A stretch of DNA of 52,291 bases from an uncultured virus (IMG/VR IMGVR_UViG_2061766007_002057). Its lineage: Duplodnaviria > Heunggongvirae > Uroviricota > Caudoviricetes. The DNA lies in IMG/VR virus record IMGVR_UViG_2061766007_002057, one strand, 5' to 3'. The number at the start of each line of letters is the position of its first letter. Within the stretch, counting starts at the first letter, position 1. The notes under the pieces were generated by a model. It saw only the letters and a list, made by a program, of their open reading frames with translations, made no database searches and had not been told where the DNA came from. Shown here piece after piece: positions 1-9,687 of the stretch. Position numbers and translations under genes: made by a program.

Positions 1-562
1 TTGGGTTTTTTGTGCAATAAGCAAGATAATTATATATTTGAGCAGAAACAAGGTCCTCAGCAAGCATTCCACCATTAGATAATGCCGTTTTGAACTCTGT
101 AGTATTTGCTTGTACTGGTCTGCCAGCTAGCTTATCATGCAAAAAAGTGTACGCGTACTCACTTGCCTTTATTATTCCAGAGTTAAATCTAACCTGTGGG
201 TTTGAGTAATTTTTTGCTTCGTACTTTTTTACGTATTCTGCTGTTTCGTCGTCTACTAATTCGATTTCTTCTCCAAGCAAAATATCTAATGCCTGTGTTC
301 CAAATGCGTAAGACAGCAATATATACAGGTCGTCATGATTGAATATTGGATTATTCCTTACTGCGCAAAACTTATTATACTCACCAAGGCTGGTACTATA
401 TTCCGCTATTTTGGAGCCTGTATCTTTTCCGTACGACCGTTTCTTTTTTTTCGCCTGTACTGCTAATTTATTTCTTTCAAAATTGTTTGATATTTTAATA
501 AAAGGCGTGGACACGCTTTTTGCAACTGTGCATAATATTGAAGGAAAAAACCAATTAAACAT
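1..562 (-). CDS. hypothetical protein, runs off the window edge (MFNWFFPSILCTVAK...)
   Basis: Translated by hand: ATG at 562 with GAGG upstream, open frame to position 1. Absent from the ORF track because no stop lies in the window. Confidence 0.75.
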   Translation of the reverse strand, partial: MFNWFFPSILCTVAKSVSTPFIKISNNFERNKLAVQAKKKKRSYGKDTGSKIAEYSTSLGEYNKFCAVRNNPIFNHDDLYILLSYAFGTQALDILLGEEIELVDDETAEYVKKYEAKNYSNPQVRFNSGIIKASEYAYTFLHDKLAGRPVQANTTEFKTALSNGGMLAEDLVSAQIYNYLAYCTKNP

Positions 563-588
563 ATAACCTCTCTGTATATACGAGCATA

Positions 589-617
589 ATCTCTCTATAT
601 ACAAGCTATGTGTTCAA
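589..617 (-). promoter_or_regulatory. conserved upstream motif TTGAACACATAGnTTGTnTAT, copy 1
   Basis: 23/29 identical to 8288-8316; both copies lie just upstream of a minus-strand start codon. Confidence 0.45.
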
Positions 618-1215
618 TTTTCTGAAATTTTAGGTATAATGAANNNNNNNNNNNNNNNNNNNNNNNNNNNNNNNNNNNNNNNNNNNNNNNNNNNNNNNNN
701 NNNNNNNNNNNNNNNNNNNNNNNNNNNNNNNNNNNNNNNNNNGGCGAGTGCCTTGTAAGCTGAGTTACATAAAATATCTATATTTTTACACCCAATATGA
801 AAGATTTTACTTAACTCTTTTGTGGAATAACCACGTAACTTGGCACAAAGTATACACATTTCTTTTGGTGTAAGTCCGTTCTGAAACATGTAACCGTAAC
901 GCAAATGTAAGAACTTGGTACGGTATTTGTCTGTAAACTGACCTTTCGTATACAAGCCAATGGCCTTANNNNNNNNNNNNNNNNNNNNNNNNNGGTAAGT
1001 ATATGACAACTACCAAATAAAAAGATCGTAGCTAATTTTGGGCTATCTAGCGAACTCGCTATATACACAAACTTGCTGTCTTTGAAAAATTCCCCTGCTT
1101 CACGGATATCTTTAAGCGCGGCGTAAATATCTTCTTTTGTAAAAACGACGATATCAGGTACGACCACGGACATATCCTTTTTAGTAAAAAATGATATGTC
1201 CGTGTACTTGCCTAA
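614..1215 (-). CDS. NarL/LuxR-type regulator with a degenerate receiver domain (start hidden in the 1216-1304 gap; ORFs 811..1320 and 614..1009 joined across a gap)
   Basis: Receiver-like PDIVVFT...SKFVYIASS, then a LuxR HTH-like LTPKEMCILCAKLRGYSTKELSKIFHIGCKNIDILCNSAYKAL. Confidence 0.6.
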
Positions 1216-1304
1216 NNNNNNNNNNNNNNNNNNNNNNNNNNNNNNNNNNNNNNNNNNNNNNNNNNNNNNNNNNNNNNNNNNNNNNNNNNNNNNNNNNNNN
1301 NNNN

Positions 1305-1856
1305 GTCGTCTTTTATCCACTCTTTTATCAACTCTATGTCTAAGTCTGTTATATACTTCTTAAACACTGTAGTTCTGAACTGGTGTGGAAGTCCTGACGA
1401 TTTTATTATATCGATTGACGCTTGTATTTTTGGCTCGTTAAACGGAACCTTTGTCAGTAAATGATACTTGTGTTTTGGCGCTTTTATGTCCATGGCTATA
1501 AAATCTACTAATTTAAGCTCAATCGCCTTTTTGATGACGTCAGGCCTATAGCCGTTAGTGTCCAATTTAATGCTGTACTCACCTATATTTCTTACCTTCT
1601 GCAAAAAATCGAGTAGGTCAGGCTGTACTGTAGGTTCTCCACCGGTTACTACTACACCTTGTAATTTTCCTTTTCTTTTCTCTAAAAACTCAAGAACTGT
1701 TTTTTCATCGGAGTTACAAGGACCCTCAAATGGAATAATGTGCTTATTGTGACACCACTCCGAGCAGTTAAAATTACAGCCGCGTGTAAAAATAACAGCT
1801 GCTAATTTTCCAGGGTAGTCTACAAACGAGCACTTTACAAAATCGTATATTTTCAT
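1305..1856 (-). CDS. nrdG: anaerobic ribonucleotide reductase activating enzyme (radical SAM); stop lies in the gap
   Basis: SFVDYPGK..AVIFTRGCNFNC, GVVVTGGEPT, KLDTNG, DFIAMDIKAP, FRTT motifs; downstream of nrdD. Confidence 0.93.
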
Positions 1857-3338
1857 TCAGTACCTCCTGCTGAAATATCACATAAATGTATTTGTTTTTG
1901 TATACGGTTTTTTACATCTGCCAAAGCTAGAATATGCTTATCGCCTTCCTTTTCACGTACGTCCCAGCACATATTGAAATAGCGCGGGTCATCATCTACT
2001 GTATTCGGTCTGTGACAATTGCCTGTAATTTGTACATAGCCGTTATACCTGCTAATAAAATTTTGGTTATTACACTTAATACACCAAAAATGCTCATCAT
2101 GAACATTAGAAACAGGTATTTTACCGTTTGTATAGGAACTCCACATACGTGTAGTCCCTTTAGTAAACGATATCTGATGTTGCAAATTCTTACCAAATCC
2201 ATGGTATCTACTATATTTCTTTGCTTGATATCCATTTAGATAAGCTATTTCTTGCAGTAGGTCTGCCTCTACTTCTTTTTGTGTGTATACAATTACATTT
2301 GTTTTACTTCCACGTGACCGATGCCCATCACTGTTTGCGTATGCGTCTAATACAACCTCAAATTGGTGCTGATTACACATAGTTAATTTTCTATCTAGCC
2401 CTTTTATATTCCAGCCATACAATTCNNNNNNNNNNTGCAGCCATCACCCTTTACAGATGCTCTGTAACTAATACAGAGCCTATTAAGCAAGTCTGAAACA
2501 TACTTCTTCTTGTGTGCACGCTTTACAGCTATTCGACACAGTGTTGTACTCTTGAACTCAATTATTGACCCATCGGCTGNNNNNNNNNNNNNNNNNNNNC
2601 GTCGCTTAAATTGACCGAGTAACTGCGTAGGATACGCCCACTAGTAATCCAATGAAAAACAGAACGCGTCGCTAATGCTGACGCCTTGATTTCCTGCAGT
2701 TGTTTTGCACTATTAAAAACAACCATTGTATGGTCAGCGGTTACTCTTATACGACTAAAGTCGTAAACGTTGCCAGTATAATTTACGTCAATAATCTCGT
2801 TAATAGTATCTTCTTCTAAAAGTCCTGTGTTCTTATTTAGCGAGTATATACGGTCTCCAGGTTTTATGTCGTTCCGCTTCTTAAACCCATCAACAGTTAA
2901 AATATCTGTGCTCATGTCTACACAGTGTCCGTGCACATTATATCGGTCACCAAACCCAGCAGACCTGACCGTACGCTCTCCTAGTAGAGAAGGATGTACG
3001 GGTTGGTGTGTGAGCAGGTATCCATCGATGTTTACACTACCAAACATCTTTATCTTAGGAAATTGCTGATAAAATTCTACCTTAGCCGGTGTGTCATGGT
3101 TCCCGAGGATTAGGTACATACGTCCATTAAGCTGCTTAATGACGTCTGCTATCTTGTTCAGGTCCGTACCTAGAGCAAAGTCTCCTAGGTGGTATACCGT
3201 ATCCTCCTCGGATTTAACAAGCCCGTTCCACTCAGCAATAAAAGCCCTGACCATATCATCCATGGTGGTGTATGGTCTACGCATAAAGCCGAGTAGCTTA
3301 TCATGAAACAAATGTGTATCAGAAACTAAGTATTTCAT
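1853..3338 (-). CDS. calcineurin-like metallophosphoesterase carrying an intein (one gene across two N-gaps)
   Basis: SDTHLFH, YHLGDFA, LGNHD, THQP motifs; NVHGH|CH is restored once the intein is removed. Confidence 0.88.
2018..2924 (-). mobile_element. intein with LAGLIDADG-type homing endonuclease
   Basis: Begins CVDMSTDILTVDGFK; block B RVTADH; ADGS and DAYANSDG endonuclease motifs; ends FISRYNGYVQITGN followed by a +1 Cys. Confidence 0.88.
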
Positions 3339-3370
3339 TTTTATTTCCTATAAGATAGTACTTCCCCTAC

Positions 3371-3399
3371 ATTTTAACATAGGGGAAGTAATTTGTCAA
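3371..3399 (-). promoter_or_regulatory. sigma70-type promoter overlapping an inverted repeat
   Basis: Minus strand TTGACA-17 bp-TAAAAT with TG extension; overlaps TACTTCCCCTA...TAGGGGAAGTA (3359-3390). Confidence 0.65.
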
Positions 3400-3402
3400 T
3401 AA

Positions 3403-3603
3403 TTATTTTTTGCCACATGAGCAAGGCTTCATGGTTTTGCGCATCGCATACTCAGCTTTTTTACCTGGGTTAAACTGCTCTACGGGACGAATAAAACCAG
3501 TTACTCTTGTGTACACTTCACACTTTTCACCTTTAACATCCGCTTTAGCTGCTTCCAAGGAGGCAATTTTATTTTGTACTGCTTTAATTTCTACTTCTGA
3601 CAT
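3403..3603 (-). CDS. nrdD: stand-alone glycyl-radical domain of a split class III ribonucleotide reductase
   Basis: CEVYTRVTGFIRPVEQFNPGKKAEY matches the NrdD C-terminal glycyl-radical motif, which the large ORF lacks; own AGGAG RBS. Confidence 0.9.
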   Translation of the reverse strand: MSEVEIKAVQNKIASLEAAKADVKGEKCEVYTRVTGFIRPVEQFNPGKKAEYAMRKTMKPCSCGKK

Positions 3604-3615
3604 ACAAGGTCTCCT

Positions 3616-3866
3616 TTATTTTTCGAATCCGAGAAGATCTTCAAACGCGATGATAACGAGTTTTTCCCCGTCAACTTCAACGTTTGCTCCGGTGTATCTC
3701 GGGTAGTACACTACGGTCCCAATGGTACAAGACTCCGGTACGGTTTNNNNNNNNNNNNNNNNNNNNNNNNNNNNNNNNNNNNNNNNNNNNNNNNNNNNNN
3801 NAGTGATGTCTTTGCTTCTGTTTCAATGGGTCTGATCAGGACCCGTTGTCCGTACGGTTGAATCAT
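3616..3866 (-). CDS. groES: co-chaperonin GroES (spans an N-gap; missing from the ORF track)
   Basis: Hand translation MIQPYGQRVLIRPIETEAKTS...GTVVYYPRYTGANVEVDGEKLVIIAFEDLLGFEK; ATGA overlap with the nrdD stop. Confidence 0.85.
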
Positions 3867-6666
3867 AATACATCTCCTTCACTTTGCTTAATGTCGAGCA
3901 ACGCTTTAAGGCGTTCCTCTTCCAAATTTATTTTATGTAACTTTTCCGTCTTACACTGCGGGCAATATTTATGCTCTCCTGCTAAATATCCATGAACTGG
4001 ACAGACGGAAAAGGTTGGTGTAATCGAAATATATGGTATTTCGTAGTTGTTGAAAATTGTCTTAACAAGCTGCTTTACTGCGTTAATGTCCGTAACACGC
4101 TCACCCAAATAAAGATGCTGAACTGACCCGCCTGTGTAAAGTGCGTTTATTGCCGACTGATTATCCATCATTTCAAAGATATCATCGGTATAGTTAACTG
4201 GTAACTGAGTGGAGTTAGTGTAGAACGGGGCAGCCCCTTCCTTTTCCACAGTTTCATTATCAGCCACGATGATGTCTGGATACTTCTTTTTGTCGATCTT
4301 TGCAAGACGGAAGCTACAATTATGTACTAAGACCCCCTGGTCACCACCAACAAAATAGTTGTGCATCCCTTCTACTTCAAGGTTGTACACAGGAGCTGTA
4401 TAAGAAAGTGCCTCAACGCTCTCTACAATGTGGTTTGCTTGCAAAATACCGAGTTTAGTTAATCGTCCCTTTACAATAGAATAAGTACATCCGTTACCAA
4501 TTGTTTTTGCAATTTCACTAAGTTTAAGTCCTTGTTCGTAGAGCCGTACAATTTCGTCTGTGTTAATGTTATGCTTATATTTGGAACACTGTTCTGGAGT
4601 ACGTGCTTTAGCCATTTCACTATAACGCTTGCGCATTTCTGGAGACTTAACCATCTCAACAAACCGTTTCAATTTCTTTGGATCAGAAGCTTTTTTACGT
4701 AATACTGCTTTTGTTGCATCACTATGGTGCATGCCATAAAAATGGTTTCTTTCACCAGTTCCAACTAAAAACGTTTCAGGACGTTCCTTATGGTTTATAC
4801 GAAGATGCATGGCTTTATGCTCGGCTTGCGTTAATACCAAAAGGTTTTCTGGTCTATTGTTGCTTTTATTAAAATCCTTATGATGAATAACGTACCCTTC
4901 TTTTAGCTCACCATTAAAGCACTCACTAACAATATGATGTTGCCATTGGCGTGAGTTATGTAATTTATAGCTAAGTTTATTATCATCTTTAAAGGTTATA
5001 TAATCAGATTTTATGCGATTACCAGCACGTAATAATCCAGCTGGAACCCACATAACCCCTTCTACTTTCTTACCGGTTTCCATATTAAATACACGAACAC
5101 CTATTGGGTGATTAGGTGTGCAGACCAAGGTTTGCCCATTAGTAAAAGTAACTTTCACTAGTTTAGCAGCCTTGCTTGTTTGCTTACAGGAAAGCATTTT
5201 ACGTAAACGAACTTTACTAGCCTCCTCATCCCAGCAATAAACGTACACATCATTTTTACCGACAAGGTCCTTTACTTGTACATTGCCTTCCAAAGTCTGC
5301 ACCTCAGTATTGCCTACTATACATGACTCAGCGGGCGACTGCTCTATATTATACTGATGCCCAGTTTCTTTTTGAAACTCAATTGCTTTTTTCTGCAAAT
5401 AGTTCATTACTTTTATAGCAAAAGTACGACCACGTTCGTCACCAATCCCATAGCCAAACATATTTAAGACACATTCATTCATACCAAGAGTAGCAATTGT
5501 GGAAAAGTGATTGGTCCAGTATTCCTTAAAACGGGCATGCGTTTTACGTAAGTAGAATTGAATGGTAGGGAACATGCCGCGTTCCGTCCAATCCTCTACA
5601 AATTTGCGCCTAATTTCCAACGCCTGCTTTGCTAAACCCAATACTTCATCAAGCTCTTTGAAGAACCCATCCTCGTCGTTCTTATGCAGATAACCTAAAC
5701 GTGGAAAGTTAATGGTGCATACTGAAACAGAGCCGGTTAATGGATTAGCACCAAACAACCCACCTTTGCGTTTTAGCTCGTCTAACCTCACCCGGAGCCT
5801 GCAGCACATACTCATTGCGTCGGCCGGGTCTAAGTCAGAAGCAATATAGTTACAGAAGTATGGTTGCCCATACNNNNNNNNNNNNNNNNNNNNNCATCAA
5901 AACGCGGATTGTTCCAGTCAAAATCCTTTGTAATGTTTACGGTAGGGATTGGGAAGGAGAAAATACGACCTTCTGCATCTCCCACATTCATAACCTCAAA
6001 GAAGCACTCATTAAATAAATCCATCTCCTTCTGAAACTCTTTGTAGGTTTTAGCCATCCGTTTCCCGCCTACTAATGCTGGCTTCTCAGCCATGTGTTTT
6101 GGCACAACAAAATCCAATGTACAATTCGAAAATGGGGTTTGCTCACCGACACGTGTTGGGACATTTAAGTTAAAAATAAACTCTTGTACTGCTTGTTTAA
6201 CTTCATCTTTACTTAAGTTATCATAATAAATAAACGGAGCCATCAATGTATCCAAGTTTGACACGGCGATAGCGCCTGCGCAGTCATTTGTTGCACTGTA
6301 AATTAAGTTAACTAATTGACCTAGCGCTGCACGTAAATGTTTAGGCGCGCTAGAACGTACTTTTCCAGGACCAGCATAGAACCCAACCTCTAATAAGTCC
6401 TCCAGGTCTAAGCCCATACAGTACCCCGACAGGGAACCGGAATCATGCAGATGGAATCTCCCATCTACGTGAGCATCTTTACATTGCTTCGGGTACACAT
6501 AATTCATCCAGTAGTATTTAGATACTTCTTCCCGGATATAATTGTTCAATCCCTGCAGTGAATATGCCATGTTTGCATTTTCATTAACACGCCAGTCTGA
6601 CTGACTAACATAGTCCTCTACTAAATTCTTTGCTACAATCTCCATTGGATTTCGTTCTTCGCTCAT
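3863..6666 (-). CDS. nrdD: anaerobic (class III) ribonucleoside-triphosphate reductase large chain, no ATP cone, intein-containing
   Basis: DWRVNENAN, HLHD, GYC, FSFPIPT, YGQPYFCNY, SMCCRL, TGSVSVCTIN, PAES, YTNST, YTGGSVQH, CPVHGY..CPQC. The two track ORFs join across the 5874-5894 gap. Confidence 0.95.
4319..5323 (-). mobile_element. 335-aa intein with HNH/NUMOD3-type endonuclease in nrdD
   Basis: PAES|CIVGNTEV start; CTPNHP block B; HHKDFNKSNNRPENL (HNH); GERNHFYGMHHS (NUMOD3-like); ends VYNLEVEGMHNYFV..VLVHN|C. Confidence 0.92.
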
Positions 6667-6678
6667 TTTATTTTCCCC

Positions 6679-7181
6679 TTATAATGATACTTTGTTTGAA
6701 ATTGATTTAACTTTATTAAATTTTTCAACTGTCTTCTGTAAATCTTGTGTTAATTTAGCTGTATTAGCCGATANNNNNNNNNNNNNNNNNNNNNNNNNNN
6801 NNNNNNNNNNNNNNNNNNNNNNNNNNNNNNNNNNNNNNNNNNNNNNNNNNNNNNNNNNNNNNNNNNNNNNNNNNNNNNNNNNNNNNNTTTGCAGCAGATA
6901 TTTTTGCCTGTACAGCACCAAGTTGCTCAGTTAATTTTGCTCTTGCAGCTTCTATCTTGTCTTTTATGTTAGATATACGCTCTTGTGCTTTCTGTAACAC
7001 CTTGGCGTTTTTCTTTTTTAATTTGTCTTTATCTTTCTCGGATTGGTTTTTATTTACAGACACACTTTTCTTTATATTTTCAGTTATTTTTTTATCTGTA
7101 TCTTCTATGANNNNNNNNNNNNNNNNNNNNNNNNNNNNNNNNNNNNAAGGTCTCATTAACAAGTTTTATCTGAACTCCCAT
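6679..7181 (-). CDS. basic coiled-coil hypothetical protein (two N-gaps)
   Basis: ATG 7181 with GGAG RBS; Lys/Ala-rich helical segments. Confidence 0.6.
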
Positions 7182-7185
7182 ACTG

Positions 7186-7603
7186 CTACTCTCCTTCGCT
7201 TAAATCTTGGTATGTTATATAACACTTACACTTTGGTTTGTAAGTTATTGAATCTTTGCGGTGGTCTTTACAAAGATGCACGTAATAAACTCTCTTAATA
7301 TGCTCGGTGCATATTACAATCGGTATAACGTCTGCCTTTGGTTTGAAACAAGGAACACTACGGCTACCAANNNNNNNNNNNNNNNNNNNNACTCAAATAC
7401 ATGTCTATCTCCGATGAAGAAAACGTAATTTGACAGGTATTTCTCGGTATAAATGAAAAACAACTGGAATAAAAAGTTACGGAAGTTTCACCGCTTGGAA
7501 GTATCCTGTACGACGTTCTCGGTTCGGTTTCCGTTTTGTTAAAAATACCTGCAGCAATAATTCCTAAGTTGTGCAGGTTTTTAAGTTTTTCCAATAGATC
7601 CAT
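7186..7603 (-). CDS. hypothetical protein (joined across a gap)
   Basis: ORF from 7603 continues after the gap in an open frame to TAG at 7186. Confidence 0.55.
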
Positions 7604-7683
7604 ACGATAATAAAAGGGGGCATAAGGTGGTATAAGATTATCGCCCCCATAACATACTACATCATTTGTGTAGTAAAAGTCAA

Positions 7684-7952
7684 CTACAGAACTACCATGT
7701 CTAAATTACAGTTTCCTTCGCTGGGATCCTGCGGGTAACAACCCGACGCGTGTATTTCGCAAATTTCACTGTAAATTGTATCAATTTCGGTCTCTGTGAG
7801 GAAATCATCAAGTTTGAGGTTATGTTGCTTACCGTTTAAGTAAGTAACCAAAACAAATGGCTTGTCTGACCGGAAATAGACCGACTGAATAANNNNNNNN
7901 NNNNNNNNNNNNNNNNNNTGCCGATCTGTACGTAAAGATTAACAAAACTCAT
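7684..7952 (-). CDS. hypothetical protein (joined across a gap)
   Basis: MSFVNLYVQIG...IQSVYFRSDKPFVLVTYLNGK; start overlaps the previous stop (TAATG). Confidence 0.6.
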
Positions 7953-8269
7953 TATCTGTCCTCCAGTTCGGCTTCATATACTGCTATTTCGTTCTTTGTC
8001 GGAGGATAATCAAGAACGAAGTCCTCTTTACGGCCGCCAAGATACTCAACGTGTAATTTATTATCATTGAATGACATTACTTTTACATAACGCTTGAGTA
8101 AAATAACGTTTNNNNNNNNNNNNNNNNNNNNNNNNNNNNNNNNNNNNNNNNNNNNNNNNNNCTCAAGCTCTGCATCAAGCTTGTTCATACCTATAAGGGT
8201 TATCAAGTTATCTAAATCCAACGGCTTCATAACCACTTCCGAGTCGTATACTATCTTATCTTTTGCCAT
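7952..8269 (-). CDS. hypothetical protein
   Basis: ORF with AAGGA RBS. Confidence 0.65.
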   Translation of the reverse strand: MAKDKIVYDSEVVMKPLDLDNLITLIGMNKLDAELEXXXXXXXXXXXXXXXXXNVILLKRYVKVMSFNDNKLHVEYLGGRKEDFVLDYPPTKNEIAVYEAELEDR

Positions 8270-8287
8270 ATAAGTACGTCCTTTTTT

Positions 8288-8316
8288 ATCCCCTCATAGA
8301 CAATCTATGTGTTCAA
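8288..8316 (-). promoter_or_regulatory. conserved upstream motif, copy 2
   Basis: Matches 589-617. Confidence 0.45.
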
Positions 8317-8317
8317 C

Positions 8318-8346
8318 TTGACATGCTATACAAATAGTAGTATAAT
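8318..8346 (+). promoter_or_regulatory. perfect sigma70 consensus promoter for the denV operon
   Basis: TTGACA-17 bp-TATAAT. Confidence 0.85.
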
Positions 8347-8364
8347 TGGTGTGAGGACGATAAA

Positions 8365-8754
8365 ATGACAAGGGTAAACGTTGTACCGGTAGATGAATTA
8401 TCCGACCAGTGGCTCATTGCAGAGTACCGGGAGCTTCCACGGTGTTTGAAAAATAGCATAAACCTGGAAAATGCCCCGAGTGCATACACTTTGGGCAAAG
8501 GACATATGAAATGGGCCCGTAAATACGGTATATACACATGTCGTCGCATGCAAGAACTTATTGACGAAATGAAGTATCGTGGGTTCAAAACCGCATACCA
8601 AGATGGCCTTATAGGTTATCTGACTTTCGGTATGATGGACTACATACCGAATAAAAAAGACATTGCCGTAAACAGGGAAAGACTAATCGCAAAGTATAAC
8701 GCAAAGCCTACGTTTTATCGCTGGACAAAGCGTAAAAAGCCGTTTTATCTGTAA
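8365..8754 (+). CDS. denV: pyrimidine dimer DNA glycosylase / endonuclease V
   Basis: MTRVNVVPVDELSDQWLIAEYRELPR, YTLGKGH, EMKYRGF, closely resembling T4 DenV. Confidence 0.92.
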   Translation: MTRVNVVPVDELSDQWLIAEYRELPRCLKNSINLENAPSAYTLGKGHMKWARKYGIYTCRRMQELIDEMKYRGFKTAYQDGLIGYLTFGMMDYIPNKKDIAVNRERLIAKYNAKPTFYRWTKRKKPFYL

Positions 8755-8763
8755 GGAGAAAGA

Positions 8764-9141
8764 ATGAACGAATTTTATTATGAAAACATGAAGTATCATG
8801 TAATTGCGTCAGACGACAGAAAGCATTTTATTCTGGTTGGACATACCCCAGAAGAAATCAAAGCATTTGCAGAAGCCCATAAACTGAACGTTACTGACAC
8901 AAAGGAAAACTACTATGGTGTTCGTCAGTCGGACACGCCTACCAACTTTTCTGTGGCCGTATCTGTATTTGTGCGTAAACTCGACCCATTCGGGGAATAC
9001 GGGTCTATGTTTCCGTATTTTTATTATACACCAACTTATGCCCTGGTTACACGTGGTGTATATGTTGGTGACGGAGGGTGTCCTTTCCACGTAATTAAAA
9101 ACGTAGACAAACTTACCCAGTTAAAGGTTCCCCATGCCTAG
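8764..9141 (+). CDS. hypothetical protein
   Basis: AGGAG RBS; operonic with denV. Confidence 0.7.
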   Translation: MNEFYYENMKYHVIASDDRKHFILVGHTPEEIKAFAEAHKLNVTDTKENYYGVRQSDTPTNFSVAVSVFVRKLDPFGEYGSMFPYFYYTPTYALVTRGVYVGDGGCPFHVIKNVDKLTQLKVPHA

Positions 9142-9664
9142 TATATCCACCCCCGAAATGAAGTACTATGTGCTGTCCTACTACCGTTTCCAGAGACAGT
9201 ACCCAATTGCAGCCACGGAAGTTGCCGTTTTCGGTAACTTCGTGGCAGACGTTCTTGCTTCCGATCTGGAAAAGGAATTTGTTGAAGTCGAAATCAAAAT
9301 ATCCGAATCCGATATGCTAAGTGACTTCCAGCACAAAAGTCAAAAGCACACTGCCTATCTGGACACCGTTATTCACAAAGAAGGAGCGCTAACTGATAAG
9401 GAACGCAAGGACATGCCAACTAAGTTTCTGTACGCCGTACCAAAGGAAATGCGTAACTTCGCCAAGGAGCTGGTAAAAGGTACTCCGTACGGACTTATGG
9501 TTGTAGACCCTACGGACGCATCCCTTTCGAGTAACTCGTTTATTAAGATTGTAAAGCACTCCGATATTATCAACCGTAAGTACCCTAAAATACTCGAACG
9601 CCGTGCTATGATGCGCATGGCGTCCGAAATAATTAATCTTTACGAATCACAACTTGATATTTAA
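9134..9664 (+). CDS. MmcB-like PD-(D/E)xK nuclease
   Basis: ADVLA...EVEIKISESD...KFLYAVP...YGL pattern. Confidence 0.65.
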   Translation: MPSISTPEMKYYVLSYYRFQRQYPIAATEVAVFGNFVADVLASDLEKEFVEVEIKISESDMLSDFQHKSQKHTAYLDTVIHKEGALTDKERKDMPTKFLYAVPKEMRNFAKELVKGTPYGLMVVDPTDASLSSNSFIKIVKHSDIINRKYPKILERRAMMRMASEIINLYESQLDI

Positions 9665-9687
9665 TATATCTTTGGTTGGTACATTAC

